Part shown: in pieces, positions 18,671-28,356 of the stretch
How positions within the stretch are numbered: the first letter of the stretch is position 1
How the letters are laid out: each line of letters begins with the position of its first letter
DNA from: a virus
Taxonomy: Duplodnaviria; Caudoviricetes
Length of the DNA: 64,000 nt
IMG/VR virus record: IMGVR_UViG_3300043666_000001
Span: 9,483-73,482 of that record
Strand: one strand, 5' to 3'
The notes under the pieces: model-generated
Told to the model about the DNA's origin: nothing
Database searches by the model: none
What the model saw: only the letters and a program-made list of their open reading frames with translations
Position numbers and translations under genes: made by a program

Positions 18671-19226
18671 CGTTAAACTCCTCAATCTTCTTTGCAAAAG
18701 CAATCAACAAATTCACCATGGCATCATGACTCATCCCCGCGAGTATCTCTTCGGGGTTTTGTAAAAGCATGAATGGAAGTATCTCCAGCTCCCCCTCATT
18801 AAATACATGCCGAATTGCACCCTTTGTTGCCTGTAGGTTTAGGTATGCTGTTATAAGATAACTCAATTCATCATCGGTCATTCTCATTTTCATGAGCTTG
18901 ACTGGTGGGAACATGATGCTAAGTTTCCCTGTGTCTTGATATTTCTCCTCTGAGAAGCTTGCTCTTTGAACAATCTCAAGACTCAAGTGTGACTTGTATA
19001 GGTCCTCATAGCTTGGACCACTGCTTAGCTTAGCATCCTCCTTGGCATGCTTCTCAGCAAGAGTTATCGCATGGGTCTGCTCCTCTTGGCTTAATAACTG
19101 CATACGGATTTTGCCAAAAGTAAACCCCTTAATAGGGTCTTTTCGTGGATATTCAACAACAATGCTTGGTCGAGGAGTGTTCTCCACCATCCTCCACACA
19201 CTGTCACCCTGAAATTCCTCAGTCAT
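18654..19226 (-). CDS. second tail assembly chaperone paralog
   Basis: Aligns with 18053..18670 (PRPxxxVxxPRKD; LxxxEQ; DExxxLxxAY); start moved to ATG 19226 because the ORF-track start lies inside the terminator. Confidence 0.65.
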   Translation of the reverse strand: MTEEFQGDSVWRMVENTPRPSIVVEYPRKDPIKGFTFGKIRMQLLSQEEQTHAITLAEKHAKEDAKLSSGPSYEDLYKSHLSLEIVQRASFSEEKYQDTGKLSIMFPPVKLMKMRMTDDELSYLITAYLNLQATKGAIRHVFNEGELEILPFMLLQNPEEILAGMSHDAMVNLLIAFAKKIEEFNDVSTQ

Positions 19227-19240
19227 TGAACACCGTAAAT

Positions 19241-19279
19241 AAAAAAAGCGCACCCCCTCCAGTAGGAAAGAGTGCGCTT
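19241..19279 (-). terminator. intrinsic terminator after the tail tube gene
   Basis: Minus strand AAGCGCACTCTTTCC-TACT-GGAGGGGGTGCGCTT then a T run; G-U pairs work only on the minus strand. Confidence 0.8.
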
Positions 19280-19343
19280 AAGTGAGTAAGGCAAGTCATT
19301 TACACTTGCATATCATGTGCCAGAAACAAGTCAAGGGTTTATG

Positions 19344-19727
19344 TCAAATAAAATCCGCCCATTCTCCAAGGAATGAGAAGGATGTTTTTGCTTCACTATT
19401 GACCGCGTGATTGCTAGAGTCACTCATGATGAACCCCTTGCTAATCAACTGCTCCCCACTAAGGGGGTTGATGATAGTGAGAACCACTACATTTGCGAAA
19501 AGCATATCATTGCCAATGCGCTTTACCTCAAATCCACCAGCAGGGATACCACTATCAACACTGATAGAGATGCTTGGAGAGCCTTGAGACACCCCCGCGA
19601 AGCCCTTTGCAACAGTATCAACCCGTTGCAAACCAGGGTCACGGTTGATTGTGACACTTGCCTCTTCACTGAGAAGAGACCCCTCATAGGTTACCCAGAA
19701 TTTAGAATATAGGGAAAAATCACTCAT
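19344..19727 (-). CDS. tail tube protein
   Basis: 127 aa immediately after the sheath; beta-rich. Confidence 0.75.
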   Translation of the reverse strand: MSDFSLYSKFWVTYEGSLLSEEASVTINRDPGLQRVDTVAKGFAGVSQGSPSISISVDSGIPAGGFEVKRIGNDMLFANVVVLTIINPLSGEQLISKGFIMSDSSNHAVNSEAKTSFSFLGEWADFI

Positions 19728-21250
19728 TAGCCCACCTGGTCCACTTCATTGGCAGATTGCAGGAAGATATCAATTGTATTGAGGGGTATGCGAGAGCTCA
19801 TCCTTGTTGCTGGATTTGTCTCACGTTGAACTACAATCCCTGCCCGGATTGCTGGAACATTCTGAAGTAGGTCATTTTTCTCATAAGTGCTGATGATATT
19901 GAAGATTGCACCCTTGAAGATTGTGGGTGTGACCACATCACTTCCAGGTGCACGACCACCCCTCGGTGGGTCATCAGAGATTTTTTTCCCACCAAACTGA
20001 GAATTGATGCTAGCCAGCAAATCATCCGAGAAAAAGTCACATATGGTCACCTTGTGACTATCACGAATTCTATAATCTTGCGTGCTGCCACTCAAGCTGC
20101 GAGTAGTGATGCGATTGACCAAGTATGTGCTACCATTTTGGTTGCATCCGATTGGCGAAATACCATTGTTCAGCGCAGATTTGATATCATTGCGTGTGGG
20201 GAATGCGGTTTGGTCCCTGCTGGCTTTGATAACCCAGAACGCTGAGGTAACAGCATCATTCCCAAATCCACTAAAGTTACAGCGTGGGCTATCACCTTGG
20301 TCTTCAAAAAGACTAACCACCGCGGCTTGATTTGCAGCGAGGTCACATGGGAGATGTGGGCCAGATTTCTCCCACACAATCTCTGCACGAGCGTTATTGA
20401 TGCCAGTAGCGAGGGTAATTGTATTCGCTAGAGTATCCCCACTGGCTGCAAAAGCCCTCTGTCGGATACCAACAATTGGTTGTGCCTGAAGTCCAACTTG
20501 TGTAGCAAGAGCTCCAAGTTGGGTTGCATCGTTAGCGGCACTGACAATACGGTAGTATTTGCTTGCAACAATGGTTGCAAGAGCTGTGACATTGCTATCA
20601 GCTGTTGTGCCAGAGGCAAAGGCAGTATCTGTTGTACCTGTGGTTGTGGTGGTGATACCACTTGTAAGTAAACACTGGTAGCGGATTTGATTCCCACGTG
20701 GACCAGGGATTTTAGCTGTGAGTAGAATAACCCCCGCGGTATTGTTCGCAGTGAATGGAAGCCAAGTCACCGCATTAAGCACCGCGCAAATATTGGTCGC
20801 AATAACTGTGACAGTATCACCCGTTACAATGCCACAGTCATAGAAAGTTCCATCATAGAAGAAACGGAAGTTTCCATTACCTGTTGCAGTTCCACCCGCG
20901 ATGGTGATTGTTGCAACGGCAGAGGAGCCTACAGAGGAGGTTACCGCGATGGCTCGGAGAGTTGTGGCCTGATTCACCGCCGTGAAGGAACGGAACATGA
21001 TATGCAGCTCACTACCTGGACCAAACAGGTTGATAGCATCTTGCTCAGTCTGCAAGGGTACTTGAGTATCAGGGCCATAGACCACTGTATCTCGTGTTGC
21101 ACTCCCCGCAGCAGAGGCATTGCCCATAAGCAAAACCTCTCTTGGAGAGCTACTCCCCGCGCTCACACCTTGAGCAAAGTTTATCTGTAGATAATTACCA
21201 GGAACTGGGTCATTAGCCGCCAGACCTGTAAGAACAATACTAGCAGCCAT
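19727..21250 (-). CDS. contractile tail sheath protein (Mu gpL-like)
   Basis: PVPGNYLQIN N-terminus, LTAKIPGPRGNQI, ALNNGISPI, NRITT. Confidence 0.9.
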   Translation of the reverse strand: MAASIVLTGLAANDPVPGNYLQINFAQGVSAGSSSPREVLLMGNASAAGSATRDTVVYGPDTQVPLQTEQDAINLFGPGSELHIMFRSFTAVNQATTLRAIAVTSSVGSSAVATITIAGGTATGNGNFRFFYDGTFYDCGIVTGDTVTVIATNICAVLNAVTWLPFTANNTAGVILLTAKIPGPRGNQIRYQCLLTSGITTTTTGTTDTAFASGTTADSNVTALATIVASKYYRIVSAANDATQLGALATQVGLQAQPIVGIRQRAFAASGDTLANTITLATGINNARAEIVWEKSGPHLPCDLAANQAAVVSLFEDQGDSPRCNFSGFGNDAVTSAFWVIKASRDQTAFPTRNDIKSALNNGISPIGCNQNGSTYLVNRITTRSLSGSTQDYRIRDSHKVTICDFFSDDLLASINSQFGGKKISDDPPRGGRAPGSDVVTPTIFKGAIFNIISTYEKNDLLQNVPAIRAGIVVQRETNPATRMSSRIPLNTIDIFLQSANEVDQVG

Positions 21251-21573
21251 TACTCAGACCCCTTGTCTTTTGGATATTCCCCAAAGCTGGGGTCAAATTT
21301 CACGCCGCAGTATTCAGCTGTTTCAAAGTCCGCGGCCCAGAGGTCACCATCCTTGACACTTCGCATGTACTCGTGATAGCTTGGGACCTCCACATCCCCA
21401 TCAACCACACCAAATACAGCTTGTTGCCGTGATACACCCTCAAAGTCAGTGTATTTCTCCCCCTGAGACTTGTCTAAAAATCGACCAATAAACGCGCGCC
21501 GATGACCATTCATGGCATCAATATCTGGAACCATGGCAGTTCCACGCGCCTTAACACGTAGTTTCATATTCAA
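21250..21573 (-). CDS. Mu gp38/DUF2635-like protein
   Basis: LRVKARG...VEVPSYHEYMRSVKDGDL, directly upstream of the sheath. Confidence 0.6.
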   Translation of the reverse strand: MNMKLRVKARGTAMVPDIDAMNGHRRAFIGRFLDKSQGEKYTDFEGVSRQQAVFGVVDGDVEVPSYHEYMRSVKDGDLWAADFETAEYCGVKFDPSFGEYPKDKGSE

Positions 21574-21588
21574 TCTTTCAGTAAGTGT

Positions 21589-22335
21589 TTATCCTACATC
21601 ACTCGCGAATTGGACGACATCCAGTATTGTCGTGTTGGTTGGGTCATCTCTCAAATCTATATGGACATCTGCGCCAGAGTATTCCTGGAATGCCGAGGAT
21701 ACCCACCCTGCACGCTCAACCAAATTAATGGTCCCCTGCCATGCCGGGAAATATAGTGTTTCCCCAGCACTGAAACCTGTATAACGGCCGTTTGCCAATC
21801 CAACCATATCCCACCCACCCAGCTCACCAACACGCTGTCCTATAGTGCCTCCTGGCGGCGTATAGCTTGGGTCTGAACCCTCCTCCAGTCTCTCAAATAT
21901 TACAGTGGAGATTCCATGGAGTAATGGTGTCAATCTCTCCGCCTGGGATGGGGTGAGAGGTGGTAAAACGTAGAGCACATTCACACTTGTTGCAACCCTG
22001 CGGTAAGTTGCAGATTTCTCACTAAAGAGGTCGTTGTCCCTGTAAATGGCAAAAAGAGGAAACCTAACCTGGTTTTGAGCAAGATATTGTGTGGGGTCAT
22101 ATGCAACCTTACTTGTCACTATATTGGTGACAATATGTCCATCCACGCCCTTGAGGGATGATTTGGTTGCCTCAGCTGCAAATCTAGCACCCACATGCCG
22201 CACCAACATCGCAGACAGGTAATCCAGGAGGTAATAACTCCCTGGGTCTATATCCCTCAACGCTGAATTAGCAGTTGAGGGTGTGAGTGGATAGATTACC
22301 CCACCACTCGTAAATGTCCCATAATCTGTTGCCAT
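21589..22335 (-). CDS. tail terminator/neck protein
   Basis: Synteny; RFPLFAIYR motif. Confidence 0.55.
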   Translation of the reverse strand: MATDYGTFTSGGVIYPLTPSTANSALRDIDPGSYYLLDYLSAMLVRHVGARFAAEATKSSLKGVDGHIVTNIVTSKVAYDPTQYLAQNQVRFPLFAIYRDNDLFSEKSATYRRVATSVNVLYVLPPLTPSQAERLTPLLHGISTVIFERLEEGSDPSYTPPGGTIGQRVGELGGWDMVGLANGRYTGFSAGETLYFPAWQGTINLVERAGWVSSAFQEYSGADVHIDLRDDPTNTTILDVVQFASDVG

Positions 22336-22784
22336 TACTTTATTACAGCATTGATATAATGCTCTATTCCATATTCAAGGGTTTTCTGTGCCATATCCCT
22401 GGCGATGTTCATGAAAAACCTAGGGTTTATTCCCCTTCTGCCGGTTTCTTTGAACATGTTTGCAACAGGGGTTGGGGAGAATAAGGTTCCAACAGGTGGG
22501 CTAATCTCAACTCTATTGTCACGTGTGCCCCAATTTAACCAGTTGGTTGCTCCACCCGCGACTATCATCATATTCTGTGGAGAGATGTTCACACCACGTA
22601 TGCTGTCACGAGTGAATAATCTCCTAGGCTTAACCCCATCATCAAATAGCTTGGTGGCTTTGGCGTCTTGAACCCCTGCGTCAACAGCAGCCTTCACCGC
22701 CTTATTGGCAGCCTCAGAGATGTCACGAGCGAAGTAATGCAGTGACTGGATGGTCTGGGTGGTGAATACCTGAATCTGCATCAT
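22335..22784 (-). CDS. neck/tail completion protein (HK97 gp10-like)
   Basis: TRDSIR, WLNWGT, GINPRFFM motifs; start moved to ATGA overlap at 22784. Confidence 0.6.
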   Translation of the reverse strand: MMQIQVFTTQTIQSLHYFARDISEAANKAVKAAVDAGVQDAKATKLFDDGVKPRRLFTRDSIRGVNISPQNMMIVAGGATNWLNWGTRDNRVEISPPVGTLFSPTPVANMFKETGRRGINPRFFMNIARDMAQKTLEYGIEHYINAVIK

Positions 22785-23245
22785 CTGGCTTGCTCCCCAG
22801 TGGATTCCAGAAACAGCCATGAGCTGTAGTTTTGAATTGACTGGTCATTAAAGCGCTTGAACCACCTACCATCCCTTCCCATCCCCAACCCCTTGACCAA
22901 GAAAAACACCTCTTGTGGTTTGGAGCTAACCGGTGGGTCAAAGTCTGGATTATCCAAACCACCACCTGGGTATTTAGGTGTGAATGGCCCAAGCTTCAAG
23001 CTTGATTGAGTCAATAGCCCACCACTGGCCACAATATCCTTAGATGTAACCTGTCTTACACGGATATTTCTATCATGATTTATATACAGTCTGTGTGTGA
23101 AGGTGGTCTTAACACCTATACCAACCACATCGCCACTCCATTGAACAATAACCATGTCAATGGTGTTTTGCCTCATATCATAGGCAGATTGAGGAATCCT
23201 TCGAATCCTATCAACCCTTGCCAAAAGACCAGTTCGAAAGCTCAT
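22781..23245 (-). CDS. head-tail adaptor/stopper protein
   Basis: Synteny in the neck module. Confidence 0.5.
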   Translation of the reverse strand: MSFRTGLLARVDRIRRIPQSAYDMRQNTIDMVIVQWSGDVVGIGVKTTFTHRLYINHDRNIRVRQVTSKDIVASGGLLTQSSLKLGPFTPKYPGGGLDNPDFDPPVSSKPQEVFFLVKGLGMGRDGRWFKRFNDQSIQNYSSWLFLESTGEQAR

Positions 23246-23514
23246 GTATTGTGCACCTAATGGTTATTCTGGATGAGAGACATCATCGTGAGTGAAAATG
23301 GCCTCTGAGCACTGGTAAATTTGGCTCTAAAAAATAACTGTTGACAGGGAAATTTGGATGGTGTCTCTTAAGACTTACTTCGTAAATCTCTCCCTCTCAG
23401 ATTCTTTCTCAGATTATCAGCACCTAATATCATCACCAACCGAACGGAGTGAGTGTTGTGATGGCCCTAGTGGCAACGATCAGGGTATCCCTCTGGTTCT
23501 TAAGGAAAGAACCA

Positions 23515-24396
23515 TCAGTAAACTGATAGACACCCACCACCTCGACGGTCATTAAGTCTGTAGATGCCAAGACACTGATAAAGCTCATCCCTCCAATACT
23601 CTATAAGGGCAAATGTCTGCTGAAGTGTATTCCCTGCCAGGGAAGCACCTGCACCACCTACAATACTTGGGCCAAAGAACTCAATCTCATCCACCTTCTT
23701 AATCCCTGCCCCATCAGCAGCTTGACCAAGATATCCCCCAAGTGTCCTTGCATTCCCACCCAATGGCTGTAGAGTTTGAAGGATTTGCAGGATGCCGCGA
23801 ACAATGCTCTCCCCACCCTCAACTGTGACTTGGTAGGTTCCAGCATGACCCTTTGCCAAATACACCGTGATAGTGTTGCCACTTACCGCAATAACTTTGG
23901 TGCTCTCTTGCCTTGCATCATCATCAACAATTACAGTGTCATTGATGTGAAATCCCACCGCGGAAGCGAGTGTAAGCACCACCTGCGCTGGGGGTTGAGG
24001 AATTGCAGTGACAATGGTGTTACTTGTAGTGCTAACACTTGTGGTTACATCCACGACAGGGTATGTTCCCGTATGCGGCAACTCAAGCAATACGGTTATG
24101 GTTGTGCCAAGAATAGCTTGAATGGTCACACTCTCAGCAAGCCCATCCACATCTACAATTACACTATCACCAACGTTGAAATTCAATGTGGAGACAAGGG
24201 TGAGAATTGTGGGTGTTGGGAGTGCACGTGGTGTGGGAACCTGTGTGCTACAGGTGGTCAACGCACCCCCAAGCATGAAGGGCTTTATCACCTGGGTAAA
24301 AATCGCCACCCACTGGATGTACGGTTCTGCCCCTATATCCAGCTGAGAATACCCACCCTCAAACTTAATTCTTGCCACTTCCGCATCTGTTAACAT
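23515..24396 (-). CDS. head-tail connector with two inserted beta-domain repeats
   Basis: MLTDAEVARIK N-terminus, GIKKVDEIEFF C-terminal part, internal ~55-aa duplication; AAGGAG RBS. Confidence 0.6.
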   Translation of the reverse strand: MLTDAEVARIKFEGGYSQLDIGAEPYIQWVAIFTQVIKPFMLGGALTTCSTQVPTPRALPTPTILTLVSTLNFNVGDSVIVDVDGLAESVTIQAILGTTITVLLELPHTGTYPVVDVTTSVSTTSNTIVTAIPQPPAQVVLTLASAVGFHINDTVIVDDDARQESTKVIAVSGNTITVYLAKGHAGTYQVTVEGGESIVRGILQILQTLQPLGGNARTLGGYLGQAADGAGIKKVDEIEFFGPSIVGGAGASLAGNTLQQTFALIEYWRDELYQCLGIYRLNDRRGGGCLSVY

Positions 24397-24444
24397 GTAA
24401 ATTCTCCTTGACCTGTAAGCTCATCACATGCCACACTGGAGGAC

Positions 24445-24543
24445 ATGAATTGTAAAAATATTGGATTAACATGCAATGTCGCTGCATGTTCCGGAGAAGC
24501 AAAAAAGTGGGCCAGGTGGTTCATATCTCAATATGAGGATTGA
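24445..24543 (+). CDS. 32-aa Cys-containing peptide, not in ORF track
   Basis: GGAGG RBS; MNCKNIGLTCNVAACSGEAKKWARWFISQYED. Confidence 0.4.
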   Translation: MNCKNIGLTCNVAACSGEAKKWARWFISQYED

Positions 24544-24568
24544 CTCTTTATCTATCTAGGTTTATGGT
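24540..24568 (+). promoter_or_regulatory. sigma70-type promoter, leaderless, antisense to the late operon
   Basis: TTGACT-N17-TATGGT, ATG 6 nt downstream (24575). Confidence 0.6.
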
Positions 24569-24574
24569 AAGTGA

Positions 24575-24784
24575 ATGGACGACTTGACAGAATGTATGGT
24601 TGAGATTGCTGCTAAGGGAAAAGTACAGATATCTGTCACAGGCAATGGTGGGTATTTGGTGAGATTTACACCATATAACACGATTGACTCTGACAAATTC
24701 CTGACCGTTCGGGAGGACAATTTGGAACTTGCGATGAACGTAATGGTGGAGAAGGTTAGAGGGCAAACTATTTTCACCCTCTAA
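24575..24784 (+). CDS. hypothetical protein (moron)
   Basis: Fills a gap in the minus operon and has its own promoter. Confidence 0.6.
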   Translation: MDDLTECMVEIAAKGKVQISVTGNGGYLVRFTPYNTIDSDKFLTVREDNLELAMNVMVEKVRGQTIFTL

Positions 24785-24798
24785 TCTTCACTCATTAC

Positions 24799-25215
24799 TC
24801 AGCCATCAAGGCTACGGGAAGTGCGTTGACTATAAGAGATGCTGTATAAATCACCGCTTGCACCAGTCGCGACACCAGTGACAATCACAGCCCTAGCCCA
24901 ACGCCAGCCAAGGATACCCGCGGGGGCATCAATCGCTTTGGTGACAATTGCAGAGGTACCAGTAGCGAGAACCACTGAGGTCGCGTTGCTACTGCCAACA
25001 ATATCAACCCAAACAGAGTTGTCATTGCTTACCTGCCACTTGACTGTAGCAGTTAGAGTTGCAGTTGCGGCGGTAAACGACACAAGTGCTGTAATGCTTT
25101 TGAGTTTAGTGCGAACACTGTCACCGACATTGATAGAGCTGCCAGCGATAACGCTGCCACTAACCAGGCCATTGGCATTGCCAGTGACTGGAAAAACCGC
25201 ATATTGAAGCGCCAT
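24799..25215 (-). CDS. capsid decoration-like beta-sandwich protein
   Basis: After the MCP; TVKWQVSNDNSVW and WRWARAVI motifs. Confidence 0.55.
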   Translation of the reverse strand: MALQYAVFPVTGNANGLVSGSVIAGSSINVGDSVRTKLKSITALVSFTAATATLTATVKWQVSNDNSVWVDIVGSSNATSVVLATGTSAIVTKAIDAPAGILGWRWARAVIVTGVATGASGDLYSISYSQRTSRSLDG

Positions 25216-25241
25216 TTTCTATTATCCTTTAAATTATTATA

Positions 25242-26324
25242 TTAAGCGGAGCGAACACTTCGGATAAACCGAGAGTCCGCAAGACCAAAGGCAAGGTCGG
25301 CGAGCCAAATAACTTTGACTTGCTCACCAAAGTTATCATCCGTTGTAGCTGCAATCTTCGGTGGCCGACCCATTCCACCCATGTATGCACTTGGAGCAAA
25401 TGCAATCCCATGGTCCACCGCAACAGACGAGCTGTTCAATGGAGACAGGAGGGTTGTGCACTCAAAGATGTGAAAATTACTAACCGTGCGGAAGTAATTG
25501 GGGAACAGGAGGTTGAACTCTGGGTGATACGTGGACTGCTGCAAGGTCTCAGGGTCATGGAACAGCTGCTTGATTTGCTTTGGAGTGAGCGCAAGGCCCA
25601 GTTTCCCATCAGCAAATCGTGGCAAATTCTGTTCTGTCATGAGCTGCCATGTGCGAGAAATCTGCTCAAGTGTCAAGGGGAAGCTGCCGGCAGTGACAGC
25701 ATCATTATCCGATGCCATGGAGTCAGGGTAAATCGCGGCCCCTGCTTCAGAGAGGGTGATATACACCGCGTCAAGGAACTTGTGGAAATCTCGCATAAGC
25801 TGATTACCAACCTCGTCACTCGCGGAGTGAACACCCATGTTGGCGTCAAAAGACTCAATCGCGAAGGGGGCTACTCGGCTATTAACCGAGTCATAGGGAC
25901 CGCCATACCTGATGAGCGTAAGGGAGGTTTGCTCGGTCCCAAAGGTAATGGGCGTCGTCGAGATGGGGGTGCTTGTCATCACCTGGCGTGATGCCAGGGT
26001 GTAAGTTGTGTTCTGGTAAGCCGGGCGGTTAATACGGATTGTATTACCTGGGGTTTTACCAAAGTCACGGGAGATTGCCATGAGCTCACTTGGGAGACTA
26101 CGGGCAAGCTCAAGCCTATCAGCGTCATAATTGGTAAATGGAGCCCCAGCTTTGGGCGCCTGGCGACCATCAAGACCAATCCCCGCGGGCATTGGCAATG
26201 CTGTCCCTACAGCGTCAAGAAACCATCGGCCGAACAGATACTGTGGCTCTGGTTGTTTGAGCAGCTTCGCAACTGTAACATCATAGTAATTTTGGGGAAT
26301 AGACCCACGAGAAAACGAAGGCAT
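25242..26324 (-). CDS. major capsid protein
   Basis: 360 aa after the scaffold; PGNTIRINRP, LPRFADG, LTPKQIKQL, WLADLAFG. Confidence 0.8.
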   Translation of the reverse strand: MPSFSRGSIPQNYYDVTVAKLLKQPEPQYLFGRWFLDAVGTALPMPAGIGLDGRQAPKAGAPFTNYDADRLELARSLPSELMAISRDFGKTPGNTIRINRPAYQNTTYTLASRQVMTSTPISTTPITFGTEQTSLTLIRYGGPYDSVNSRVAPFAIESFDANMGVHSASDEVGNQLMRDFHKFLDAVYITLSEAGAAIYPDSMASDNDAVTAGSFPLTLEQISRTWQLMTEQNLPRFADGKLGLALTPKQIKQLFHDPETLQQSTYHPEFNLLFPNYFRTVSNFHIFECTTLLSPLNSSSVAVDHGIAFAPSAYMGGMGRPPKIAATTDDNFGEQVKVIWLADLAFGLADSRFIRSVRSA

Positions 26325-26386
26325 TTGTTATTTTATCCTAGTAATTTCAAGGGGATGTTCCCACTCGAATAAATGAGAGTCAAAAA

Positions 26387-27034
26387 TTATTCACCGTCTG
26401 GGTAAATCTCAGACTGGTATTGCAATAGAAACCTACCTGCATAGATAGGGTTGGTCTCTTTCATGCGCTCATACTCTGCCTTGCGGTTGGTTGGACTTGT
26501 AACAGCCCCCGCGGGCATGTCTTTGGACGAGGAGGTGTTAGCTACTGGTGGTTTGACAACTGCTTCTTTGGGTGCCTCAACTGGTGCAACCCATGTTGGA
26601 GCAAGTGCCTCAATGGTCTCCAACTGTGCAGCTGGGTCATTCTTAGCAATTGCCTTAACTGCAGCTTGTTGCTCTGGAGAAAGAGATGCCATTTTTGCAC
26701 TAGCAAATGTCTTCAAGCTGGAGGCCAACTTCTCCCCATGTTCCTTGCTTGAGGCAAGTTGAGTGGCAAGCTCTTGAGCTTTCAACTCATGGGATTTATC
26801 AGCTTCCTTGCGGGTTTTAATCTCCTTCATGAAAGCTTTCGCCTCATCAAGGTTCTCAACACCCAGCTCTTTCAAAAGCTTGCGCTGCTCACGTTCAAGA
26901 CGCTCCGCAACCCAGGCATGGTCAGGTTCACCACTGGATTTTGCCTCAGCCTTTGGCTTTTCAGCCTTGACTTCAACCTCCTTGGTAGCTACAACCTCAG
27001 AGACAACCACTTCATTCTCAGTAGACATATTCAT
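26387..27034 (-). CDS. capsid scaffolding protein
   Basis: Charged coiled coil (ERLEREQRKLLKELGV) upstream of the MCP. Confidence 0.7.
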   Translation of the reverse strand: MNMSTENEVVVSEVVATKEVEVKAEKPKAEAKSSGEPDHAWVAERLEREQRKLLKELGVENLDEAKAFMKEIKTRKEADKSHELKAQELATQLASSKEHGEKLASSLKTFASAKMASLSPEQQAAVKAIAKNDPAAQLETIEALAPTWVAPVEAPKEAVVKPPVANTSSSKDMPAGAVTSPTNRKAEYERMKETNPIYAGRFLLQYQSEIYPDGE

Positions 27035-27102
27035 TCACCCATCTCGCCCAAATTAACCGCTTGGCGTCAACGTATTGGGAATTGTTAGAGAGTTAAAACC
27101 AA

Positions 27103-27483
27103 TTACGAGACTGTAACCACAACCACAAGTCCCACAGGATTGAGGGTTGCAGTTGAGCTCGTCAACTCAGTTGTTCGGTCAACCGTGGTAAGATTAAACG
27201 TCAACGCATCTGTACTTACAGTAGTGGCACCAATGTACACATTCTGGAGATTGCTATCAACACCAGGGAATGCACACACCGCACCACGGAGTGTGTAGGT
27301 TTTTCCACTGCGCGTATTGGCAGCAATAAGTGCACCCACACCTGTAACTGTCGCACTATCTGTGGAGCCAGTATACGCGGCGAAGTTGTAATCAATCAAG
27401 TAGACATGCTCAGTAACACTCACACCAGTCGCGTTGCCACTGAGCAGTGTAACCCCTGTCGAGACACCAGTAATAAGAGACAT
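27103..27483 (-). CDS. head decoration/structural protein
   Basis: Thr/Val-rich beta protein in the head module. Confidence 0.5.
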   Translation of the reverse strand: MSLITGVSTGVTLLSGNATGVSVTEHVYLIDYNFAAYTGSTDSATVTGVGALIAANTRSGKTYTLRGAVCAFPGVDSNLQNVYIGATTVSTDALTFNLTTVDRTTELTSSTATLNPVGLVVVVTVS

Positions 27484-27493
27484 TTATATAATC

Positions 27494-27889
27494 CTATTTG
27501 CTTTTGGCTGATTTAGCCTGTTTGAATTCATGTACAATTGCTAAGGGTTTCCCCGCAGCGTCCAAAAGACGAGTGAGCTCCAAGTGCTCTTTCTCTAACA
27601 TCCTCAAGCGCTTAATCTCCCCCTCAAGCCACTTCTTTCTTTGCTTTGCCAGCTTGATGACATTGAATGTCTCTGCCTTGCAAATCTTAGTGGTCTCAAT
27701 AACTGGAGAGAGATTTGCCGGGGAATGGATGATTGTGGTAGTGGGTGTAATCGCTACCTTAGCTGGAGTGTTAATTATCCCATTAGTTGAGAGATATTCC
27801 TCATACCCCTCAGCCTCCATTCCAGTATCAACATCCCTAAACAGGGCCCCAGTGGTATCCATGCCACCCATAAACTGAATAGCGCCCAT
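27494..27889 (-). CDS. hypothetical protein
   Basis: Overlaps the upstream stop; C-terminal coiled coil. Confidence 0.55.
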   Translation of the reverse strand: MGAIQFMGGMDTTGALFRDVDTGMEAEGYEEYLSTNGIINTPAKVAITPTTTIIHSPANLSPVIETTKICKAETFNVIKLAKQRKKWLEGEIKRLRMLEKEHLELTRLLDAAGKPLAIVHEFKQAKSAKSK

Positions 27890-28356
27890 CAGGTAATCTC
27901 ATCATATGCTGTGAAATAAAGTGTTTGAAGTGCGCCAAGGGTTGTTCCAGCACCCGCGTTCATGACAACCCTAACTGGTCCACCAGCAATGGCATCCACA
28001 AAACTACCAGCGGGAAGGCCAAGACTACCGGAGGTGCTATCGGTCCCATTACTTAGATTGGTGATTGAGTTCAATCTACTGCCACCATCTATCGTAAGAT
28101 TGCATGCAACTCCACCCCCCGCGTTGATTTGAGGGAAATGCACCCAGTCAAACCACACATTGGGAGCAACATTCCTCTGCAAGACAATGTCCAAAACCCC
28201 ACCAGTGGCGCCCACAATAATTGCATCTATGACAATCTTGTCAGATGTACTCAACCACCCACCAGTAATAAGCTGGGTAGGTGCATTATAGATGGTAATC
28301 ACATTGCTAGATGGAGAGGTGTACGTGTATGTATAGGTACCCCTTTTACTTCGCAT
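27889..28356 (-). CDS. beta-sandwich structural protein (decoration-like)
   Basis: DIVLQR...WFDWVHFPQ and VRVVM motifs; head module. Confidence 0.5.
   Translation of the reverse strand: MRSKRGTYTYTYTSPSSNVITIYNAPTQLITGGWLSTSDKIVIDAIIVGATGGVLDIVLQRNVAPNVWFDWVHFPQINAGGGVACNLTIDGGSRLNSITNLSNGTDSTSGSLGLPAGSFVDAIAGGPVRVVMNAGAGTTLGALQTLYFTAYDEIT

Noticed and set aside
5981-21573. Interpretation as an extracellular contractile injection system or tailocin
   Set aside because: Terminase, portal, capsid and replication genes are contiguous, so this is a complete phage module
23246-23514. 270-nt gap in the neck module with a TTGACA and small hairpins
   Set aside because: No matching -10 box, no convincing ORF and only short stems; nothing supportable
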